A stretch of 64,000 nt of DNA from Macrostomum lignano (Eukaryota). Below, piece by piece: positions 28,011 through 38,170 of the stretch. The stretch is from the NCBI GenBank assembly GCA_002269645.1, contig NIVC01001859.1, positions 120,444 to 184,443 of the forward strand, read 5' to 3'. Within the stretch, counting starts at the first letter, position 1. Each line of letters starts with the position of its first letter. The position numbers and the translations under genes are program-made. Under the pieces are notes generated by a model that was not told the origin of the DNA, searched no databases, and worked only from the letters and a program-made list of their open reading frames with translations.

Positions 28011-30478
28011 AGGAATCCAACAAACAATCTACATGCTCCTGAGATTTACAGTATCCCCTACTTAGTAGTAGCCATCCCAGTTCTTTGATGGCTGAAGCAC
28101 AGCTCAGCATTATCCGGCGTGTCCTCCTTGATGAACATGCAGCAGGTGGCTTCCTTGTTGTACACCTGTCTGAACTGGTAATCCGGCACGTACTTTCTCA
28201 GCATCTTGTCGCAGCAGTCGATTGCGTTGACGGACGGGCCAGAGATGGACAGCGGGATGTACTTCGCCCAGGAGCCGTGCAGCATTTTGCGATTGAGAAT
28301 TCGGCGACCAAGCTCCAGACGGCAGCGGGTCTGGTGGCAGGCCGCTCTCAGCAGGCTCGAATTGGTGAGAAACGCCTTCATTAGGGAGTCGAACATTGGA
28401 AGGATGTACTGCCTGATGACTGGCTGATCGAATGGGTTCAGAGTGCCGACAACGATTGGCTGCTTCAGCAGGTGACCACCGCCTCGACCGAAGCCAGACG
28501 TCGAGCCGCCTGTTAAGTGCGTGCAGATTAGATGGGGTGAGATAGGATGGAATGAGATTAGGTTGGGTGAGATTGGATAGGATGAGATTAGATTAGGTGA
28601 GATTGGATAGAATGAGATTAGATTAGGTGAGATTGGATAGAATGAGATTAGATTAGGTGAGATTGGATTGAATGAGATTAGATTGGGTGAGATTGAATTG
28701 AATGAGATTAGATTGGGTGAGAACGGATAGGAATGAGATTAAAGGGGGTGAGATCGGAAAAAATGAGTTTGTGAGCTTGATGAGATAAAACTATATGAAG
28801 TTAGAGTAGATGAAGTGAAATGAATGATGCGAGGTTGGATGGAGTAAGATTAAATATGATTAGATTAGGTATTGTGAGATTTGAAGAGTTAAGATGAGGT
28901 AACTGAAGCTTGTTTGAGGTAAGGTTGTATGAGTGAGATTTGATGGATCGAGATTAGAGGAGGTGAGATTAGATGGAATGAGATCGGATGGGGTGAGATT
29001 GGGTGAGTTGAGATCAGATACGGTAAGATCGGAAAGATGAGATTGAATGGGCTGAGATTAGATAGGTGCGAATAGATGGCGGGAATGACTATGAGATAAG
29101 ACTGGATGGGGTGAGTCGAGTCACGAGTGTAAGCCGATGTCAGATTGGGGTCAGATTTAGGTAAGGTGAGATTTGATGAGGCGGACTAGGTGATGAGAGA
29201 GTGGATGAGGTTGTGATTAGATGAGATTGAGTAAGATTAGATTTGGTGTGAGAGTTGATGAGCAGGGCTTTTTAGGAGCTATTAAGCTCTGGGTACCAAG
29301 CGAAACCAGTGTAGCATAGGCAGCGGTAAGAGATTGGCCAGGGGTTGTCGTGCGGTCCAAGCCCCAAGGCAGGATCTCCAGCAACTAATATTTCACCTGA
29401 GCCGCCGCCGGGTGCACCCGACCCGCCGCCGCCGCCGCCGCCTTCGAAGCGACTGGATTCCTCGGCCGACATGCCGAATTTCACCTGCCTGACATTGCTT
29501 CGATAATCGACAGACTGATCGTCGCCCCGGTTCGGCACCACCCGCATGGAAGAATCGCCGCGGTGGGTGCGAAAGAAGTCTTTGATCGACTGCTCAACCC
29601 TGCTGCGGGGCTCCGGCGTGCTGAACTGGCGGGCAGGTGAGGGTGGGTGGAGGCTGGATAGGGTGGCATTGGATAGGGTGAGATTAGATAGGATGAGATT
29701 TTGATAGGGTGAGATTGGATAGGGTGAGATTGGATAGGATGAAATTTTGATAGGGTGAGATTGGATAGGGTGAGATTGGATAGGGTGAGATTAGATGTGA
29801 TGAAATTTTGATAGGGTGAGATTGGATTGGGTGAGATACCGGATAGGGTGAGATGGGATAGGGCGAGATTGGATAAGGGTAAATTTGGATAGAGTGAGAT
29901 TGGATAGAATCAGATCGGATAGGGTGAGATTGGATAGGGTGAGATTGGATAGGGTGAGATTGGATGGGGTGAGATTGGATAGGGTGAGATTGGATAGGGT
30001 GAGATTGGATAGGGTGAATTTGGATAGGGTGAGATTGGATAGGGTGAGATTGGATAGGGTGACATTGGATAGGGGTGAGATTAGATAGGATGAGATCGGA
30101 CAGGATGAGATTGAATGGAATGAGATAGGATAGGCGAACAAGAAAATTAGAACTACATGCCAATTCTATTACTAACGGCATCACTAGACTAGTGTGACCA
30201 ATGCACATGCACAATTGATATCAGTTATTATTCAATATTCGAAGTTGTTGTACCGCATTGGCTAAAAACTCCGTGTTTCTTTGAAACATCGAGGCCCTCT
30301 GTGGCGCCTCTGTTGCACCGCTGGACTCTCCGAGCAGGCCGGCCTTCATCAAGTCGCCCAGCACCTGATCGACCGTTAAGGATTCCGACTCTGTGTCCGT
30401 CTGCGGTCGCTGCACCGAGCCCTTCAATCTCGACAGATTTGCCAACGACTTCTGCGAGTTAACACTGCCTAGCGACAT
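27288..30478 (-). CDS. Uncharacterised four-exon protein
   Basis: Exons 30478-30254, 29625-29397, 28509-(28166 or 28062), (27611 or 27621)-27288. First two junctions are phase-consistent; GC-rich codon usage. No family recognised. Confidence 0.7.
27607..28008. repeat. (CTGT)n microsatellite forming most of an intron
   Basis: Direct reading. Confidence 0.95.
28530..29250. repeat. Degenerate GAGAT-based 5/15-bp repeat (intron 2 of the 27288-30478 gene)
   Basis: GAGATTAGATTAGGT-type units decaying rightwards. Confidence 0.8.
29665..30135. repeat. 15-bp repeat (intron 1 of the 27288-30478 gene)
   Basis: Unit GAGATTGGATAGGGT. Confidence 0.9.
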
Positions 30479-30784
30479 CACTTTGTAGTAGGGGGTTTAG
30501 TTCAAGCAGTTTTGCTAAGGGCGTTTGCCAAGGTTTCCGATTCGTCGAGTCAATTATTTTAATAGCATGAATCGAGAATAAGCAGTTTTGCTTTTACGCT
30601 ACTGTTAGTAGTTCACCCTCGGGGAAATATCTGAAGTTGTGGGAATTCGAGTATTAGCGGGTTCCTCTATTAGTAAAAGGCTGTTTAGCCTCGGGAAAAG
30701 CATCCGTTCGGGACAATCAGTCAAGGATCCGTTCAGGACCGTCCATCAGGACAGTGTTTATAGAGACTAAAGATCTCAATTCAA

Positions 30785-31815
30785 TGTCACTGTAATTTAA
30801 TGTCACTGTGCAGAATTGCAAAAATGACAAAGCTGAGTAGCACCACCCTCAGAATGCTGTACAGGGCATACGGAGAAAGCGCTCTCAACTACGGAGCGCC
30901 AATCCTGAGCCAAATCTGTGCGACTAACCAAATCAAATTGCAGAAAATTCAAAACCTGGCTCTCCGTATCTGCTATGGTGTGCCATCCTACATCAGCATT
31001 GAATACCTGCACAAGCTGGCAGGTATGCCGATGCTCGCAGACAGGGTCAAGCAGCTGGGGGTGGCTTGGCTGCTCAAGATGAGGGCAGCCAAGCTCCACA
31101 GCTTCCACATTGAGCCGGAAGCCCCTCGGGCTCCGGGCCGAACCCCAGTCCTCAATGTCCTCTGGGATGCCATGAGGCGTCGGGAAAGAAACAGGGGAAT
31201 CCCACCCCAGGGTTAGGCTGGCTACCAGCCTTCCAAACCGGAAGTGACCACGCTCTGAAACGCAACTAATAAAACTAAACTTGCTGCCTGAGACAGAGAT
31301 CGGTTGATCAGTCATTAGGACTGATTAGGTAATCTCTATGTCTCCTCGCGTTTCTTTTTACAATTTTCCCAACTGTGTTTTTTACCCAACTGCTCTACAA
31401 ATATCACTAATTGCTTTTTTACACCTTTACTATATTCATTCTATTTTTACAACTAAATTCAAATATGCGCTATTGCATTTTTAATCTCTATTTTTTACTT
31501 AAATGTCTTGCTTTTATTCTCAATAGGCCTTCAAATATCAAGCACGTATTTTTTAGATGTCCTGTTTTTATTAGATCCCTTCTTTGTGTGGGATTTCCCT
31601 CCCCTCTTTTTTATCCCCAAATGCGTGCAAAATACTGCAAAATATTGAAAAATAGTTTTATATATGTATATTTTTAATTTCAATATTCGTATTAAATATT
31701 CAAATCGAAATCTTGTAAATATTTTTAATTCTTTCGATCAAATACAAAATATAACTGCGGCAGAGTTCTTCGGAACTGACCCGCGCCGGTTTCGACGGCA
31801 CCTCGTTTTAACAAC
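30785..31815 (+). mobile_element. 5'-truncated non-LTR retrotransposon (LINE) with 16-bp target-site duplication
   Basis: ORF 30800-31216 has the post-RT region LYRAY..ALNYGAPI..LQKIQNLALRICYG..YLH..AGMP typical of Jockey/I-group LINEs. 3' AACAACAA tail. AAAGATCTCAATTCAA at both 30769-30784 and 31816-31831. Confidence 0.8.
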
Positions 31816-32280
31816 AAAGATCTCAATTCAAAATAGAAAATAAGGGAGTTTCCTTTCAAGGATTTAATATAGAAACTTAAGGAAATTAAGGGTAAGTTAA
31901 GGATAAAATTCTAAAAAGGGGTAAAATAGGGAGGCTAAGAAGGAGTCTACCACTTAGTCAAAACGGAGTCTACCGAAGAATAGGAATAAATTAGGTAACA
32001 TAGGGAAAGACTAAGGGAGTCTACCATTAGTCTAACTAAGAATCGGAGTCTACCGAATTGTTAACATAGGGATTAATTGTATACCTTCTTTTGCATATTT
32101 GGTTTAATAATATTTCTTTTGTTTGTTTGATCTAAATAATCTTATATAAAATTGACTCTTGTCTCACTTATTTTAATTTAACATTAATTATAAGGGGCAT
32201 TAGTCTGGTGGCAGCGACCTACCAAATAAAAGTACGTAATAGCAGATTAGTAGAGCAAAGTAAACCTAAGATCGTAACAA

Positions 32281-35200
32281 CTATTCATCCAATTTAAGGT
32301 AGCTAGGAAATCTTCTAGCTTAATCTAAGCCCGGAGTCTCTCGAGCTTAGATTAATCAAATTAAAAAAATAAACCAGTAGCCTAAACCGCAGGTACCACG
32401 CTTGTCCAACTTCATTGTTGCGACTGTCGGTCAGGGTCTCCTCGTCGGTGTACTCGGCTGCCGAACTGCCGGACGTCGCCGAGGAAGAGTTGAACTGGTA
32501 TTGGCCTCGACGGTGGGCGCGTCTGATGGGGCGAAGCTTGAACGCGACACGACGGCGGTGCGTTCGGCCGGTACGGATGCGGCGACGAGCGGGCCGTGGT
32601 GGCGGCGGCGGCGGCGGTGGCGACGGCGGCTGCTGCGGCGGGTGTAGATAATGAAGCTGTGGGTGAGTTCATGAGTGAGTTTATGAGTGAGTTTATGAAT
32701 GAGTTTATGAGTGAGTTCATGAGTGAGTTCATGGGTGAGTTCATGGGTGAGTTTATGAGTGAGTTCATGAGCGAGTTCATGAGTGAGTTTATGAGTGAGT
32801 TCATGAGTGAGTTCATGAGTGAGTTTATGAGTGAGTTCATGAGTGAGTTCATGAGTGAGTTCATGAGTGAGTTTATGAATGAGTTCATGAGTGAGTTTAT
32901 GAATGAGTTCATGAGTGAGTTCATGAGTGAGTTTATGAATGAGTTCATGAGTGAGTTTGTGAATGAGTTTATGAGTGAGTTCATGAGTGAGTTCATGAGT
33001 GAGTTCATGAGTGAGTTTATGAATGAGTTTATGAGTGAGTTCATGAGTGAGTTCATGAGTGAGTTCATGAGTGAGTTCATGAGTGAGTTTATGAATGAGT
33101 TCATGAGTGAGTTCATGAGTGAGTTCATGAGTGAGTTCATGAGTGAGTTTATGAATGAGTTTATGAGTGAGTTCATGAGTGAGTTCATGAGTGAGTTCAT
33201 GAGTGAGTTCATGAGTGAGTTCATGAGTGAGTTCATGAGTGAGTTTATGAGCGAGTTCATGAGTGAGTTCATGGGTGAGTTCATGAGTGAGTTCATGAGT
33301 GAGTTCATGAGTGAGTTCATGAGTGAGTTCATGGGTGAGTTCATGAGTGAGTTCATGAGTGAGTTCATGAGTGAGTTCATGAGTGAGTTCATGGGTGAGT
33401 TCATGAGTGAGTTCATGAGTGAGTTCATGAGTGAGTTCATGAGTGAGTTCATGAGTGAGTTCATGAGTGAGTTCATGAGTGAGTTCATGAGTGAGTTCAT
33501 GAGTGAGTTCATGAGTGAGTTCATGAGTGAGTTCATGAGTAGTTTACAGGCGGATTAATTTGGGTTTATTATAAGCCCTCAACCTACCTTCGGATACTCG
33601 TACAGCTGGTACTGCTCTTCATCCATCTGCTGCCGGCGATTCCTTGGCTGTTGTTCTGTCGAAACATTTTCGGGACTGAAAACTCTTAAACTGTCATCAG
33701 CGCTGCTCATAACGCTGTTTATGCTGCTGTCAGTGTCAGTTTGCACGCCGGTCCATTGCGGTAAGGCCGAGCGGTGCATCGAATTAGAGCCTGGGGTTCA
33801 GTAAAATATTGAAAAAAAATTATCAACTCATTCTCCAGTTCAACTCTGAACCGACAACCCCTCCTCCTCCTTCTCTAGTTCGATTCTGAACCGACAACCC
33901 CTCCTCCTTCTTCTCTAGTTCGATTCTGAACCGACAACCCCTCCTCCTTCTTCTCTAGTTCGATTCTGAACCGACAACCCCTCCTCCTCCTCCCGCCCGG
34001 TTCAATTTTGAACCGACAACCCCTCCTCCTTCTTCTCTAGTTCGATTCTGAACCGACAACCCCTCCTCCTTCTTCTCTAGTTCAATTCTGAACCGACAAC
34101 CCCTCCTCCTTCTTCTCTAGTTCGATTCTGAACCGACAACCCCTCCTCCTTCTTCTCTAGTTCGATTCTGAACCGACAACCCCTCCTCCTCCTCCCGCCC
34201 GGTTCAATTTTGAACCGACAACCCCTCCTCCTTCTTCTCTAGTTCGATTCTGAACCGACGACCCCTCCTCCTCCTCCCGCCCAGTTCAATTTTGAACCGA
34301 CAACCCCTCCTCCTCCTCCCGCCCAGTTCAATTTTGAACCGACGACCCCTCCTCCTCCTCCCGCCCAGTTCAATTTTGAACCGACGACCCCTCCTCCTCC
34401 TCCCGCCCAGTTCAATTTTGAACCGACAACCCCTCCTCCTCTTCCCGCCCAGTTCAAATCTAAACCCTGAATGCATCTATAGTGACTCGCTTATACGAGC
34501 CTATACAATGTGTAAATATTTACCACGCACTAACCATCCATTGTATTGTTACTTTCTCGATCCGATAACGAATGCTTCAACTTCTGCTCTAAAAATTCTT
34601 GTTTTTCAATCGCAGATCTTGGCGCAGGTATTGGGGTATCAGGGAGATTGTCGAATGTTTTATCCGCTCTCCTCGACGGTGTTGGCAGTCGAATGCTGAG
34701 CCGCTCAATATTTCCAATTTGAAGTTCAGCATCTGGTGGCGTCTGCGGTTTTTGTCTGCTCACCGTTTGAGTCAATGAAAGCCTTGGCGCTGGTTTGGGG
34801 GATTTAATCTTCGGACTCCAATTTGAGCTCGACCTGACAGTTGTGAGCAGCTTGGCAGATTAGACTGGTAGATGGGAAGGGAGACAGTCTGCAGTGACCC
34901 ATGGGGCTGAGGGGTGGTGGGTGTGGAGTGAAGGGAGACGATCTACAGTGACCAATTGGACTGAGGGGTGGTGGGTGTGGAGGGAAGGGAGACGATCTAC
35001 AGTGACCAATTGGACTGAGGGGTGGTGGGTGTGGAGGGAAGGGAGACGATCTACAGTGACCAATTGGACTGAGGGGTGGTGGGTGTGGAGGGAAGGGAGA
35101 CGATCTACAGTGACCAATTGGACTGAGGGGTGGTGGGTGTGGAGAGAAGGGAGACGATCTACAGTGACCAATTGGACTGAGGGGTGGTGGGTGTGGAGGG

Positions 35201-35595
35201 AAGGGAGGCAGTCTGCAGTGGCCAACGGTAACTGCATTATGGACATACAAAATCGATAAATCTGCTTTCAACTCAACGCGAACTGCTTACACAGTGTCAG
35301 TTTCAGCGCTCTTAGACAATCTAACACTGGACGTACTTTCACCAGATCCTTCAGCATTATTCTTGCTTTTCTGCCGTCGATTCTGCACAGAAGACGCCGT
35401 GGCGCTGCTCGCCAGAGCACTTTGAGTCAAATGCTTTGCCGGCAGTTCGGGTCGCAACTCGTGAGGTGATAATTTCCACACGGTAACGATTGGCTGGTTG
35501 AGGCAATACTCGCATAGGTACTCACTGATTGGTTCGTTGTAGTAATAAGACGTTTTGCGAGGTAGTTTATCGCAATTACACTGCGGACTGTCCAT
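32281..35595 (-). CDS. Uncharacterised four-exon protein (N-terminal CxC/CxxC, Ser/Pro/Arg-rich remainder); 3' end uncertain
   Basis: Exons 35595-35291, 34833-34553, 33790-33588, 32632-~32281; all three junctions GT-AG and phase-consistent (2,1,0). Confidence 0.72.
32663..33540. repeat. 12-bp satellite filling an intron
   Basis: Unit ATGAGTGAGTTC, about 73 copies. Confidence 0.97.
33845..34462. repeat. 40/42-bp minisatellite filling an intron
   Basis: Units start TGAACCGACAACCCCTCC and end either TCTAGTTCGATTC or CCCGCCCAGTTCAATTT. Confidence 0.92.
34868..35225. repeat. 54-bp minisatellite filling an intron
   Basis: About 6 copies of GGGAAGGGAGACGATCTACAGTGACCAATTGGACTGAGGGGTGGTGGGTGTGGA. 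Confidence 0.95.
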
Positions 35596-36369
35596 GATTT
35601 TTAATCTATTGATAGATTTTAAAATTATTGAAACAATAATTTCTCTTGTATCGTTTATAACTAAATAAAGAGAATAACTTACGCCATAGACTGCGTAGCT
35701 CAGACTCCATATTGCTATCGACTGAGCATATAAAAAATACCACGTATATGCGTATGAAAGCTTCAGATTCTTATGAAAATATTTTATCATACTTGGGCAT
35801 AAGGGGCGCCAGCACTAAGGCGCTCTTTGTTCTTTGGGTACCGCCCATGTGCAGTACATGTATGGTTTCATGGAAGCTAGGATGTGTAAATTTGCTTACA
35901 TTGTTTACATGTATATTTAAGTAGAACCCACCACTGGGTTGCCACGCCGTGCCACGTACATGGCTGCTCAAGTGAGTCAGCGCGTCAGCTGACTGACGGT
36001 ATTGGTATTACGTAATGTAATATTACTGCATACGTGGAACAGCTGCTTTCACACATGTACAGGGCAATTTATACACGTGTTTAATGACCGCATGTGCTCT
36101 GTGTAAGGTGGAGGAAATTATCCTTAACAAAAAAGACGAACATCAGATACAAGATATTTTTTATTTTTTTAGCCAATGCGTTTTGTCTTAGTAGACGTCT
36201 TCAGGAAACTGCCTAATCTACACTGTATATAGTCCTGCTCGCCTGCAATTAAAAAAGTAATTTTAAAACTAAAATCTGCATGTTAGCACAAAAAGTATCA
36301 TTGCAGGCAAATCGTCATGCAACAATCTCCCAACCCTTTCCCCCCGAGTTGACAGATGCTGTATATTTT

Positions 36370-38170
36370 ATTGCACACATGCAGCTGGTAAAAGCACGCA
36401 TGCGCCAACTATACGGCTATATTACGAACGCAACAGTGGCCAGTGTTCGAAGACTGCTTGATGAAGATCGACGAGCGACAGTTCCCAAAATTGAAAAAAC
36501 ATGTCGGATTCAAGTGCCATTCCTATCTTGCATGATCATCTGGGCATGAGGAAATTGTGTCTGCACGCTGGGTGCCCCATCACTCGTGTGTTTCGCGAGT
36601 TTGCGAAATTCATGCTCAAAAAGTTCAATGCAGGGGCTTCAAAATTGGTGGACAATATCCTGACAGGGGATGACCCAGAGACGAAATCCCAGAGCAGGCA
36701 GTGGATTGCCTTCGAAGAGAAATGCCCCATCAACTTCCTACGGGAGAGGAGTGTCGGCAAGGCCATGACAGCAGTTCTTCCGGCGGTGTGGCATCCTGCC
36801 GCATATTCTACTAGAGGAAGGTGCCACAGTGACTCTGTAGTGCATGCGCCCTTGTCGGTTGGCAGGGCACGTTGCACTTTGGGGCTGGCTAGGGGGGGGG
36901 GGGTTAGCGGGCATGGCAGGGTCTGGCCAGCGGCCGGGCTTTGCTCGTGCCCCTCCCCAGCCGTGCCCCTGCCCCGTGCTCAGGGCTGGTTGGCTGCGGC
37001 CGGGCCAGCTTTGGCACGGGTGCGGCCCCTTCCCCCCTAGGCGGGGTTTTGATTGGCTGGCCAGCGCGGCCAGTCTTTTTTTGTTGGGGTAGTTTGTTTT
37101 GGTGGGCTTAGCCGGTGGGGCCATCGGCCCCAGGGTTTGGGATCTTGCTCCTGCCCTTCGTCCCGGTTTGTGCTGTTTGTGTTTTTCTGTTTTGGTGTGC
37201 TCGGAGAGTACAAGTGCAGGACTCGACGTATAAACAGCAATACTAGTTATTTAATACAGCGAGAAAAGAAACACAAGAAGAGCCTTAAGAAGAGCTTTGG
37301 AGAATTCATAACCTGCACTGACCAACGAGCAAACCAAACGCGAGAACGGCGATTTGGCCACTGTACAACGAGCGAATCAATAAACGTAACGGCGATTTGG
37401 CCACTGGTAAGCCGCCTGCTGCTTGAGTTCGTTCTTTTATGGGGGAGCTTGTTAGGCTGAGTTCTTGCCAGAGCGTCATAACGCCGGGAGATCATATAGC
37501 TTTTTGTAGTAACTGTACCGTCTACTCTATTATAGTGAGTACAACCTACAGTATCGAGACTAGAAGCACTCGAGAGTGTCACCACACCTCGAGCCGCAGC
37601 GTGAACTCTGAGTGTCACAACACCAGAGGGATCGAACTATTATCGCAGAGCGTCGTCACGCCTGCTCGTATCCATAAAAGTACAGATAGAGCGTCACAAT
37701 GCCTGTTATATCACGTATAATATATATTGTACTCGGGACTGGGCACTCAAACCGACCCGGGTTACGACAACTCCATTGGTAATCAAGTGTTTGCTTGCCC
37801 CAGGTTGCTGGAGTTTCTCCATCAGGAGCGGCCAAAGACCTGAGACCGTGCCGTTTACTTGCAATCTTATTTGCTTTTCGCATAGTTGGCTAGTTAGATG
37901 AATTAACACAGAGAGGGCACGCATGGTCTGCGTGGCATTAAATATCTTGATAAGTTTGTAATAGCAAATCAGCGTTTTGAACGCTAGCTGATAGTCCGAG
38001 CCAGGGTGACACAGGAGTTTCTGGCATCGACTCAGCTGCATGACTCTGCTGCCACATCCAGCCTACTCACCCAACCTCGCTCCAGCTGACTTCTTCCTCT
38101 TTCCGAAGATTAAGAAGGATCTCAAGGGAAAGCACTTGAGCTTTTGCAACGAGCTTGGAGAGGCGTTGAA
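36370..38170 (+). pseudogene. Decayed mariner-family transposase interrupted by insertions
   Basis: Fragments in shifting frames: VRRLLDEDRR, ILHDHLGMRKLC, ILTGDDPETKSQSRQW, RSVGKAM; then CLPQV/LEFLHQERPKT (37790-37860); then TQEFLA..TLLPHPAYSPNLAPADFFLFPKIKKDLKGK (YSPDL-type motif). Confidence 0.85.
36850..37769. mobile_element. Composite insertion inside the mariner (GC-rich block plus LTR-like block ending GTTACGACA)
   Basis: Separates collinear mariner segments. Right boundary reads TGTCGTAAC on the minus strand, like an LTR terminus. No matching second terminus or TSD found. Confidence 0.4.
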
